DNA of 64,000 nucleotides from the IMG/VR virus record IMGVR_UViG_3300036846_001501; one strand, 5' to 3'. The notes under the pieces were generated by a model, which did not search any database, was not told where the DNA came from, and saw only the letters and a program-made list of their open reading frames with translations. Both the position numbers and the translations under genes were made by a program. The first letter of the stretch is position 1; every line of letters begins with the position of its first letter. Shown here piece by piece: positions 28,492 through 36,990 of this stretch. The DNA is from an uncultured virus (IMG/VR IMGVR_UViG_3300036846_001501) (Duplodnaviria; Heunggongvirae; Uroviricota; Caudoviricetes).

Positions 28492-29175
28492 CTACGAGGC
28501 GGCGAAGTGCCGCACGAGTAACGGAGAATAGCTCCGTGTATGGAAAGTGATACCGGTCCCATCGACACTGTCGCAACCCAGACTTGCCGCCAGCTCGATC
28601 CGGCGGATCGAATTGACACGGCCCATGTGCAGGTAGCGACCTCGGGCCCGGAACTCGCCCACCAGGTCGGCCAGGAACCCGCTCTGGCGGAACTCATCCG
28701 AGCCGGCGACGAACAGCGCATCGGCATACTCGACGGCCAGGGGCAGCTCCCGGGCCCGTTCGATGCCATCCTGGGTCGCCAGCGCGACCGGGATCTGGGG
28801 GAAGTGCTCCTTGGCGTAGAGCGCCAGCGCCAGGAACTCGTTCAGGGTCCGCACGCCCTGCCGGAGCACGTCCGGCAGGACCACGAATTTCAGCAGCGCC
28901 CGGTCCTCCGCCGGCCGCTCGGCCATCCGCCGGACCCGGTCCCAGAAGGGACCGAAGGGCCAGCGCTCGCGGTATCCCTTCCAGTAATCCCCGGGGCAGT
29001 CCCCGCGGGCCGTAACGACTCCGTTGTCCATCCCCCAGGGGATGGGGGGCCGGGACGCAATGGCGCCGGCGGCGCGGAGGCCGCCGTAGGGGTTGACGAG
29101 GAGGCCACAGGGGATTCCCAGGGCCTGGTAGTGCTCGAGGGCCTTCCTCGAGCCATTGACGAAGATTCGCAGCAT
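28492..29175 (-). CDS. TGT/DpdA-like TIM-barrel protein (possible base-exchange enzyme)
   Basis: WGMDNG, FVVLPDV, LATQDG, LFVAGS, HMGRVNS..R, GCDSVDGT order resembles transglycosylase-like barrels. Confidence 0.55.
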   Translation of the reverse strand: MLRIFVNGSRKALEHYQALGIPCGLLVNPYGGLRAAGAIASRPPIPWGMDNGVVTARGDCPGDYWKGYRERWPFGPFWDRVRRMAERPAEDRALLKFVVLPDVLRQGVRTLNEFLALALYAKEHFPQIPVALATQDGIERARELPLAVEYADALFVAGSDEFRQSGFLADLVGEFRARGRYLHMGRVNSIRRIELAASLGCDSVDGTGITFHTRSYSPLLVRHFAAS

Positions 29176-29250
29176 GGGCGTGGGCGTGCAGTACCCGGGC
29201 CGCGGTGTTGCGCGACCGCCGTGCCACCATTAGCAACCGCTGCCACGCGG

Positions 29251-29952
29251 TCAGTCGCCCGGAGAGACACCCCGGGCGTAATACTCCATCCCCAGGAGGA
29301 GACAGATGGCGGCGTCGGCGACGTTGTCGACGCCCGAATTCTCATAGTCGTCGGAGTCGAGGCCGACGCCAAAGATCTCGTTACAGCCGGCGATCACGGC
29401 CGGCTTGCCAGCGTTCCCCTTGCCGGTGGCCCGCTTCTTGATGCTCGCGATCGGGAACCCCTGGCAGGGGACACCACAGCTCTCAGCCCACGAGGCGATG
29501 CAGCCCTTCAAGCTCCCGAAGAACTCGATCGGCCCGGCCGCGCGGTTGAGGATGGCGGTTGCGTTGGTGCGGAACGACGACGTGGGGGGTGTGTAGCGGA
29601 CGTCCTCGAAGAAGAGGATATTGGGCCGCGTGATCTCGAGGAGCTGGCGGAGCCGTATGAGCCGTACCGGACCGGAATCATAGGGACCGAGCGAGAGATC
29701 GAGCTGGCCCATCAGGGTGTAGGCCGCCCGGGGATCATACGGCAACCCGGGTCGCGCCCAGGTCAGCGCGTACCCGCAGGAGTTGCCCAGGTCGAGTCCC
29801 ATCGCCAGGATTCGCCCCGACAGGGCGCTCGGCCCGATCAGCCGGCCCCAGCGCTCGAGCTGGTCGGCGTAGATCTCCGGGTCCCGGATCCGGAACTTCC
29901 GCGCGACTGCCGCGACCTCGTCAATGACCTCGCCCACCGGCATCGTGGTCAC
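29251..29952 (-). CDS. ruvC: RuvC-like Holliday junction resolvase
   Basis: MGLDLG..CGYA, FFED, IKK.ATGKGNA.K, DNVADA.AI; full acidic tetrad. Confidence 0.88.
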   Translation of the reverse strand: MTTMPVGEVIDEVAAVARKFRIRDPEIYADQLERWGRLIGPSALSGRILAMGLDLGNSCGYALTWARPGLPYDPRAAYTLMGQLDLSLGPYDSGPVRLIRLRQLLEITRPNILFFEDVRYTPPTSSFRTNATAILNRAAGPIEFFGSLKGCIASWAESCGVPCQGFPIASIKKRATGKGNAGKPAVIAGCNEIFGVGLDSDDYENSGVDNVADAAICLLLGMEYYARGVSPGD

Positions 29953-29965
29953 GGCTTTCGTCTCC

Positions 29966-30691
29966 CTATCCGCACGCCAGGTGCCGCATCCGTTCGACCA
30001 GTAGCGCGTTGATCCGGCAGTCGTAACCGGCGTCGTGGGCCTCGGCCTGGGCGACCGGCAGGTCGTACCGCTCCGAGCAGTGCTTGGCGAGGCTCCAGGG
30101 AACCCGCCGGCGGTCGCGATAGATGAGCGCATACCAGTCGCTGCGGGGCATGTGCAGGTAGGACTCGGGCGGCTCGACGCCCAGCATGTTGGCCTTCTCG
30201 ATCATGCCCGTATCGAGGACCCTGCCGGCCTCGAAGAGGCGCGGTGCGGCCGGGACGAAGGTGTGGAAGTGGCGGGCCAGCAGCGGCCGATCGAAGGCCC
30301 AGCAATTGTGCCCGACCAGGACGGCGCCCTCCCTGAGCCAGCCGTCCAGGAGGTCGCGGTACGCGAGGAACGCTTCCCGGGGCGGTATTCCCTCGTCGCG
30401 CATCCGGTCGAGAGAACAGTGATAGCTATGGTTGTTCTTCGCGAGGGCCTCGCGGGTCCGCTCCAGGGTCGCCGCCAGCCAGTCCTGGGGCAATTTCGCC
30501 TCGGGGTGGGTCCAATCGACGACGATCTCGCCCGCATGGAGCACCGCCCGGTCCTTGACCACGCACCAGCCGAGCTGACAGGCCAGGCAGGTCGGGCTCA
30601 TGACATCCAGACCCTGGGTCTCGACGTCGAAGGCCACGTAGGTCTCGGGCCAGCCGCCCAGGTACTGACCCATCTGCATGTACCAGTTCAC
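29966..30691 (-). CDS. DnaQ-like DEDDh 3'-5' exonuclease
   Basis: FDVETQG, GHN..AFD, AHDAGYD. Confidence 0.9.
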   Translation of the reverse strand: MNWYMQMGQYLGGWPETYVAFDVETQGLDVMSPTCLACQLGWCVVKDRAVLHAGEIVVDWTHPEAKLPQDWLAATLERTREALAKNNHSYHCSLDRMRDEGIPPREAFLAYRDLLDGWLREGAVLVGHNCWAFDRPLLARHFHTFVPAAPRLFEAGRVLDTGMIEKANMLGVEPPESYLHMPRSDWYALIYRDRRRVPWSLAKHCSERYDLPVAQAEAHDAGYDCRINALLVERMRHLACG

Positions 30692-31161
30692 GGCCTGGCT
30701 CCCAATTCATCGGCCGGCATCGGAGCCGCGGCGAGCAGGGCCTCGAGCGCCGCCCGGTAGGGGATCTCCTCCCCCACCATGGTGAACGTCTTGTGGGCAT
30801 GGACCATCATGCCCACCAGGTAGCGGGCAAACTCGGCCAGGAGGAGGGCCCGGACCGCCGCCGGCTCCGCGAAGAAGTCGGCGGCGACCAGGGCCTCGCC
30901 CAGCTCGTCGTGGGCCCGCTCGCCGTCCGGGCCGATCACCCCCCGCAGCGCCTGCGCGAACTTGGCCGCGGCGGCGCCCAGGCGATCGGAGTCGGTCCCC
31001 ATCACCTCGCGATACCAGGGCGGCCAGTGGGCCTCGTCCCGCAGCGCGAGCACGGCCAGGCGCAGCGCGCCCAGGCCGCAGTTACGGATGTCGCACTGCG
31101 GCGCCCAGGAGATCAGGCCCTCACCCTTGATGTTGCGGACCTCGTTGAGCATCACCGTCAC
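30688..31161 (-). CDS. Hypothetical helical protein
   Basis: Coupled ORF. Confidence 0.7.
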   Translation of the reverse strand: MTVMLNEVRNIKGEGLISWAPQCDIRNCGLGALRLAVLALRDEAHWPPWYREVMGTDSDRLGAAAAKFAQALRGVIGPDGERAHDELGEALVAADFFAEPAAVRALLLAEFARYLVGMMVHAHKTFTMVGEEIPYRAALEALLAAAPMPADELGARP

Positions 31162-31170
31162 TCCGTGGGG

Positions 31171-31743
31171 TCAGCCCCGGCGCGGTACCCGGACCCGGAG
31201 TTTGACCGAGCCGTCGGGGAGCGCCTGCTCCGAAAGCAACTGATGCCGCTCCTTGCGGGCGGCGATCCTGACACCGGCGACGGCGCAGGCCGCCCTGAGT
31301 TTGGGTGCTCCCTTGCCGCCGATCAGCGTCATCAGCCGCTGGTCCATGGTGTCCATGATCGGCTTGAATCCGCCGCCGTTGGGGTTCTTCTTGAAGCTGA
31401 TCGAGTAGTCCTTCGAGGTGGCCTTCTGCCACACCGGACCATAACGCTCGACCAGGATCGCCTCGATCTCGGCCTCGCTGAGGTGCCGCCCCTGTTTCCG
31501 CGCCTCGGCCTCGGCCTGCCCCACCGGGCTTTTCTCCGAGACCAGGCAGAACTCACAGTTGCCGTAGTCCTCGGGGTCGTAGCCGTTCTTGTAGGCCGCG
31601 TCCTCCCCGTGGTAGTCGTTCAGCCAGGCCCCCCAGTCGAGGGCCTTCCTGAACTTGATGCCGATCAGGCCGCAGCGGAGGGCACCCTGATCGGCCATCT
31701 CGAAGTCGCTCACCTGGATATCCAGTGTTACGACATGGCTCAC
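31171..31743 (-). CDS. DUF1257-like protein
   Basis: MSH...I.V.D start, Y.I.F......F...D, C-terminal DGSVKL.V. Confidence 0.6.
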   Translation of the reverse strand: MSHVVTLDIQVSDFEMADQGALRCGLIGIKFRKALDWGAWLNDYHGEDAAYKNGYDPEDYGNCEFCLVSEKSPVGQAEAEARKQGRHLSEAEIEAILVERYGPVWQKATSKDYSISFKKNPNGGGFKPIMDTMDQRLMTLIGGKGAPKLRAACAVAGVRIAARKERHQLLSEQALPDGSVKLRVRVPRRG

Positions 31744-31867
31744 GTACTGCTCCTTTCGCTCTTACTGCGAGGTCGGCGGTGCCGGCCAGGGGCCGGGATT
31801 CGCTCCTGCCGACCGATCGTAGCGCTGTAGCGGGCCCGGGCCAAGATCAATTGCCGGGCCCCCATGC

Positions 31868-32344
31868 TCAACCGACGCGGCCCGAGACCAGATGCTCGCA
31901 CCGCGTCCCCGCGCCGGGGAGATTGGTGTTGAGGACGTACTCCTGCTCGATCTCACCGGAGCCATAGATATGCTCCATGAGCTGGCGCCAGGAGGTGACC
32001 TTGTCCTTCTCCTGCTCATCCGCCGGGAAGATCCCGTAGATGCCGTTGGTGCGGGTCACGAAGACGCGCACGGCGCCGTCGTCGAGCAGGCAGAACACGG
32101 CCAGGGGCCGGAACATCTCGCGGGGGAGCAGGATCGACGCGGACGAGGGGTCCCCCTCGGGTCCGCCGTTCCAGTTCGGAGCCAGCGACAGCCGGGGCGG
32201 CAGCCCCAGACACTCGCGGACGATCTTTTCGCCGCGGGCGGAGAGGTCACACAGGAGTCGCATCGAAAGGCGACAGGACTCTCCGGTGAGGTAACGGATC
32301 CCATACGGCTGGAGGCAACCCCAGCCGACCAGGCACTTTGACAT
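31868..32344 (-). CDS. Hypothetical protein
   Basis: GAGG SD; L..YGI..LTGESC.LS.RLLCDL...G motif. Confidence 0.75.
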   Translation of the reverse strand: MSKCLVGWGCLQPYGIRYLTGESCRLSMRLLCDLSARGEKIVRECLGLPPRLSLAPNWNGGPEGDPSSASILLPREMFRPLAVFCLLDDGAVRVFVTRTNGIYGIFPADEQEKDKVTSWRQLMEHIYGSGEIEQEYVLNTNLPGAGTRCEHLVSGRVG

Positions 32345-32359
32345 GGCGGTCCTCGGTTG

Positions 32360-32373
32360 AATTACGGGTAATT
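32360..32373. promoter_or_regulatory. AATT-N6-AATT site, copy 3 (AATTACGGGTAATT)
   Basis: Intergenic, 15 nt upstream of ATG at 32344. Confidence 0.6.
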
Positions 32374-32398
32374 GCGGGGCGGCGCGCGCCCCACCGGG

Positions 32399-33016
32399 TC
32401 ACCGTTCGTCCCCGGATCCTCCGAGGGTGCCGCGGCTCTTGCGGGCGGCGAGCTTCCTGAGGTTCTGCCGGGCGGTCTCGCCCAGGCAGCAGCGGCGTTC
32501 GGAAAGGGCCCGCGCCAGGTACCACAGGACATCGCCCAGCTCCTTCTGGATGGCGTCGTCGTCGACCGCCGCGGCCAGGGCCGGCAGCGCGATCCGCTGG
32601 CCAGGCCGGGCCCCTTCGAGCATTTCGGCCACGCGCTCGAGCCGGCTGGTGACCAGCACCAGGGCTCCCCGGAGGTCGCGGAGCCGCCCCTCGTCGAGTG
32701 TGCCGCCGGAATCCCGCCAGGTCTTTTTCAGGAGCCCGAGGAGCTTACCCAGGGCCGACGCCAGCGCCATCGCCAGGAGCGGCAGCGCGGCCGTATCGGC
32801 AGGCAGCGGGGTGTCGTCGCGCGCCTCGAGCGTGCACAGAACCTTCTCCGCCACCTCGGCGGACTCATCCAGCAGGCCGAGGACCGGGTACACGACCTGG
32901 CCCTCACCGACACCGGAATAGATGGCTGTCGAGCCCGCGGCCCGCTGATAGTCCTCAAACCGGCCGGAACGCTCGAACAATGCGAGCACCTCTTCCGCGT
33001 TACACTGGGCCTCCAT
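32399..33016 (-). CDS. MazG-like nucleotide pyrophosphohydrolase
   Basis: YQ..A..TAIY, YP.LGL..E..EV.EK, KELGDVLWY, N..KL..R..RG.L.GSGD.R. Confidence 0.9.
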   Translation of the reverse strand: MEAQCNAEEVLALFERSGRFEDYQRAAGSTAIYSGVGEGQVVYPVLGLLDESAEVAEKVLCTLEARDDTPLPADTAALPLLAMALASALGKLLGLLKKTWRDSGGTLDEGRLRDLRGALVLVTSRLERVAEMLEGARPGQRIALPALAAAVDDDAIQKELGDVLWYLARALSERRCCLGETARQNLRKLAARKSRGTLGGSGDER

Positions 33017-33096
33017 GGCCGCTCATCCTTCCTGGAGAGCTAAGGCGCCGCAAGGGATTATGACGCAGGCGCCGGGGGTGGTTCAGTGGACACGAG

Positions 33097-33642
33097 TCAG
33101 GCCGCGGTCCGCGCCGGGGCACGACCCCGCAGCCGGGCCAGGGCCAGGGCGCCGGTAAGGCCGGTGCCGAAGAGCACGATAGCCGCCGGCTCGGCAACGG
33201 CCGGCGCGACGCTGAGCGCGACGATCGCGCCCGTCACGGGTGCGCTCTGGCCGGTGAAGTCGAGGTTCACGGCGCCCACCGGGAACGGCCCCGAGGCGTT
33301 GAACGTCCATGCGAAGGCATCCACGCTGGTGGCCGGGAACGAGGCATCGACCTCGTTGATCCCGTTGGTCGTGAACGTGGTGGCCATCCCCTGGAGCAGT
33401 GTCAGTCCAGTGATGCTCCCGACGGCGGCGGTGTAGGTGAGCGTGAAGCCGCTGACGGTGGTACCGGCCGGATTGGTGATCGTGAATGCCAGGTTCGTGA
33501 AGACCACCGGGTCGACGCCCGCCGCCGTCGCCACTCCCGAGGGCGGCGGGCCCGGGTCGAGGATGTAATCGGCGCGTGCCGCGGCGGGCGCTAGCACGAG
33601 CGCGAGGGCCAGGCACGCAAGTCGGGCAATGGTCCGTTTCAT
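33097..33642 (-). CDS. Exported PEP-CTERM-like surface protein
   Basis: Signal peptide MKRTIARLACLALALVLAPAAARA, Thr/Ser/Gly-rich core, C-terminal VAEPAAIVLFGTGL-TM-RLRGR. Confidence 0.8.
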   Translation of the reverse strand: MKRTIARLACLALALVLAPAAARADYILDPGPPPSGVATAAGVDPVVFTNLAFTITNPAGTTVSGFTLTYTAAVGSITGLTLLQGMATTFTTNGINEVDASFPATSVDAFAWTFNASGPFPVGAVNLDFTGQSAPVTGAIVALSVAPAVAEPAAIVLFGTGLTGALALARLRGRAPARTAA

Positions 33643-34073
33643 GGGGTCCTCCGGTTGGTGGTCGGATGCTGCGTGATCCCGGGCGATGCAGTCGCCACCG
33701 TAGCCGCCCCGCGGCCGCCGGGGAAGCCGAAGTCCTCCCGGCGGGGCCACAAGAGCAGGGTCCGGTCCGCCGCCCGCTCGGGGCGAAACCCACGCCGCAG
33801 CAGCCCGGCCAGGAACCGCTCGGGCCCCACGTCCACAACCCGGATGGCTGCGTCGGGCCGGGCCGTCCGGATCGCCGCGAGGAGCCGGCTGAAGGCCCCC
33901 CGGCCACATTGATGGGCGAAGATGTCGCTGATCGTGATCACCGGCACGCGGGGGGCGCGGGGATCGAGATACTCGCTGCCCGCCTCCATCTCCAGGACGG
34001 CGAACTCGGGATGCTCGATCGCAAAGATGCCGTGGCGCGGGGCGGCGGCCAGGAAACGGCCCAGATCCATCAT
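33639..34073 (-). CDS. Hypothetical protein (possible GNAT-like fold)
   Basis: ITISDI......GRGAFSRLL resembles a GNAT acetyl-CoA motif; ATGA coupling. Confidence 0.55.
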   Translation of the reverse strand: MMDLGRFLAAAPRHGIFAIEHPEFAVLEMEAGSEYLDPRAPRVPVITISDIFAHQCGRGAFSRLLAAIRTARPDAAIRVVDVGPERFLAGLLRRGFRPERAADRTLLLWPRREDFGFPGGRGAATVATASPGITQHPTTNRRTP

Positions 34074-34963
34074 TCCTCCTTGCGGCAACGCGCCCGCTCG
34101 ACACAGGCGATGCAACGGTCAGGGTCCACGGCCGGATCGAAGATCGCGCGGGGGCGGCCGCAGGCGCGGCAGGGCCCGACGGCATAGAGACAGGGATGAG
34201 TGGCGGCCGGGCAACGGGTATCAGCCGGGCGGGCATAGCCGATCGAGCAGCGATGACAGGGGTGGCGATAGTCGCGGGGGCAGTTCCAGCCGCGGCGATG
34301 CCGCATCTTCAAGAGCTTCCGGTTGGCCGTGATCATGCTCGAGGCGCAGGCGACCCGGTGGAAGCCAGGGCGCATCGCCGCGGAGAGCGCCGGCTCGACC
34401 AGGCCATAGAGGACACAGCCGACGAGCATCGCCGGGTGGTCCATGGGGAGCGTGCCCCGGCGGTTCGTGAACCCGATCTTGCGGGCGACGACGTGGATCA
34501 ATTCCCGCCGCCAGAACCGACCGATCTCGAGCGCCGTGGGCGTGCCCGCCAGGGCCTGGAATGTGTAATCGAACCCGGACCGACCCTTGCCATCGACGGC
34601 CTTGAAGCCGGCAGTGATCCGCCAGGGTACCCACTCGGGCTCGTGCTGCGCCGTCCAGGGATAGAGCACCGTCCCGGCCCTGATCCGGCCCGCATTGCCG
34701 GCCACGCGCCAGGCGAAGCGGTCGATCACGGGCTTGGTCAAGGCCGAGCCGAGGAGGTGGGACTGGGCGGTCCGGAAGAGGACCTCGGGGAGTACCTTGC
34801 CTGCCCCGAAGACCTCGTCCAGGCCCTGGAGCACGTCGATGAACACATCGCCGGCGCAGTCGGCGCCGATCAGGCCCTGAAACACGTCATCGCGGATCCG
34901 GACCCGCAGCGCCATCACGGTCCGGAGTGGGATCCGGGGCAGGGGGGGCTCGTCCCGCGGCAT
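34070..34963 (-). CDS. Hypothetical protein with Cys-rich C-terminus
   Basis: CP...H.CH.C, CP..H, C..C, C..C. Confidence 0.75.
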   Translation of the reverse strand: MPRDEPPLPRIPLRTVMALRVRIRDDVFQGLIGADCAGDVFIDVLQGLDEVFGAGKVLPEVLFRTAQSHLLGSALTKPVIDRFAWRVAGNAGRIRAGTVLYPWTAQHEPEWVPWRITAGFKAVDGKGRSGFDYTFQALAGTPTALEIGRFWRRELIHVVARKIGFTNRRGTLPMDHPAMLVGCVLYGLVEPALSAAMRPGFHRVACASSMITANRKLLKMRHRRGWNCPRDYRHPCHRCSIGYARPADTRCPAATHPCLYAVGPCRACGRPRAIFDPAVDPDRCIACVERARCRKEE

Positions 34964-35114
34964 CGGGGTCCTCCACGGCGTGATACTCGGGGCTGCCGCA
35001 GCCAGGGCACCAGGGCTCGCCCGGCAGCCGGTCCCGGCCGCAACGATTGCACCGCAGGAGCAGGCTAGAAGCGGCCGGCCGGGATTCCGCTCGTGCCGGG
35101 ATCTTCATCGTCAT
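34887..35114 (-). CDS. Possible small zinc-ribbon protein
   Basis: CNRCG...CPGCGS fills the gap between two genes but overlaps both. Confidence 0.4.
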   Translation of the reverse strand: MTMKIPARAESRPAASSLLLRCNRCGRDRLPGEPWCPGCGSPEYHAVEDPDAAGRAPPAPDPTPDRDGAAGPDPR

Positions 35115-35460
35115 CAGGATCGTCCTCGTGGGGCCGTGGGGGAGTTTCCGCGCCGGCCTCGGCGGCGACCCGCTGCCCCTGGAGTTGGGCCTCGCAGCCG
35201 AGCACCCAGTCGACCATCGCCGAGGTCAGCTCGTGGGCCCGGCTGGTCACGTCCAGGAACTGGGTCTGGAGTCGCTGTTTCTCGGTCGCCAGATAGGTCT
35301 CCGGATCATGCTGGATCGTGCGGATCCGCGCCAGGGCGTCGGCCTGGATCAGCACCAGTTCGTGGAGCTGGCCGACCAGATGTGTCGGGAAGGGTGCGAG
35401 CGGCGGGCCGCCCGGCGGTTCAGGCTCGATCGGCATGGCCAGGATGTCCTTGAGTATCAT
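35065..35460 (-). CDS. Hypothetical coiled-coil protein
   Basis: ATGA coupling. Confidence 0.6.
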   Translation of the reverse strand: MILKDILAMPIEPEPPGGPPLAPFPTHLVGQLHELVLIQADALARIRTIQHDPETYLATEKQRLQTQFLDVTSRAHELTSAMVDWVLGCEAQLQGQRVAAEAGAETPPRPHEDDPDDDEDPGTSGIPAGRF

Positions 35461-35840
35461 CGAACCCTCAGGGCGAAGCCCACGTGGACCTGGTAGCCAT
35501 CGCCGCCAGGGGCCTGCACGCTTTCGATCAGGTCGCCGTAGACGATGTGGAGTCGCAAGGGACGGGGGATGCCCGCCTGGACGATCGCGCTCGCGCCCAG
35601 CGAGGCCATGTAGGCCATGGCGGCAGGCGGATCCGGGACCGTCAGGTACGGGAAGACCGGGATGTGCACCAGCGTGCCGTCCGAGACGGTCGTCCAGAGT
35701 ATCTGGCCATCCTCGCGGAGCGGGCTGGCGGCGACCAGCCAGTGATCGGGCGGGCTCTGCGCCCGGGTTACGAACGCCGCGGGCGCCACCGCGTGGGCCC
35801 GGCATTCCTTGAGGAGAACGCGATCGAAGGTGCACTGCAT
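35457..35840 (-). CDS. Hypothetical protein
   Basis: MQCTFDRV start; globular composition. Confidence 0.65.
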   Translation of the reverse strand: MQCTFDRVLLKECRAHAVAPAAFVTRAQSPPDHWLVAASPLREDGQILWTTVSDGTLVHIPVFPYLTVPDPPAAMAYMASLGASAIVQAGIPRPLRLHIVYGDLIESVQAPGGDGYQVHVGFALRVR

Positions 35841-35967
35841 CGGAGCCCGCCCCCGGTCGGACGCGGAGGCCACGATCGGCCCCGCCCTTGCGCGACCAGT
35901 AGACGCGACCATGGCGACCGCGGCAAGGCCGGTTGGGTCTGCGCGCAGTCCCGGTACGGACCGATGC

Positions 35968-36891
35968 CTAACTCCCGCCCCGCCGGCCGGTCGGGGCAGG
36001 CAAGGCCGGGCTCGCGGATTCCTGCCGGGCCATCACCTCCAGGACCTTGCCGTTACCCTCGGCCGCCTGGGCGAGCCGGCGCTCCACGGTCGCCCGGAGT
36101 AACTCGATTGTCTCCCGGCCGCGGCGAACGACGTCGTCATGCGCCCCGAGCTGTTGCTCGAGGCGATCGAAGTGTTCGAGGAGCCCCGGCGAGATCTGGT
36201 CGGCCGGAAACTCGTCATAGAGGCGCTCGACGGCCTCGACGCTGTAGACCTCGAGATTGCGGGTCATCCAGATCCGGTTGTCGTTCTCCCAGTTGTCGAG
36301 CAGCCGACCCAAATCCCGAGGTGTCCCATGCTTGCGGCCGGCGCCGGGCTTACGATTGCCGAACCGCTTGAAGAGGTCGGCATCGAGATCGGCGACGGTC
36401 CAGTTGTTCATCAGGATCTTGTCGATGTACAGGTCCCTGATCGTCCGGCCGCCGCGGGTGCGGGACAGATCGGCTGAGATCAGGCGGCGGATCAGGGCCC
36501 AGGTGAGCGTCTGGCCCCGCTGGTTGGTCCGGGACATGAGGCCGGTGATGTCGTCGAATGTGGGCCAGACGTCGACCAGGCGGAGCGCCTCGCGCATCGC
36601 CGTCTTGTCGACATCGAGCGCATCGGCGAGCACCCCGGCGTTCCGCTCTGTGTAGCGCTCGACGATCCCCCGGAACTCGGTACCACACTGCCACCAGTAC
36701 ATGACGGATGCCTTGCGGTTGGACGATTGCCACTCGCGCATCCGCTCGTAGACACTGAAGACGTCCGGCCCGATCTTGTCGAGCTTGCGTTTGAGGGTGA
36801 CTTCCTGCGAGATTCGGTTGGCGGCCAGGGCGCGGTCGGCACCGTCGACCGCCGCGAGCGCGCCGCCCTGTTCTTTCTTGGACCTGGGCAT
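35968..36891 (-). CDS. DUF1016 (YhcG) N-terminal-domain-like helical protein
   Basis: YW..G, LTW..IR.L, R..YI.....NWTV.DL pattern; GGAGG SD. Confidence 0.55.
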   Translation of the reverse strand: MPRSKKEQGGALAAVDGADRALAANRISQEVTLKRKLDKIGPDVFSVYERMREWQSSNRKASVMYWWQCGTEFRGIVERYTERNAGVLADALDVDKTAMREALRLVDVWPTFDDITGLMSRTNQRGQTLTWALIRRLISADLSRTRGGRTIRDLYIDKILMNNWTVADLDADLFKRFGNRKPGAGRKHGTPRDLGRLLDNWENDNRIWMTRNLEVYSVEAVERLYDEFPADQISPGLLEHFDRLEQQLGAHDDVVRRGRETIELLRATVERRLAQAAEGNGKVLEVMARQESASPALPAPTGRRGGS

Positions 36892-36990
36892 GGGAACCTC
36901 CTGATGGCTCGGCTTCGCGGGTGCCGCCGCGCGGCGCCCGGGCGCACCGCCCACAAGATACCGCGGGCCGGGGCTCGTCGCCACGGGGCA

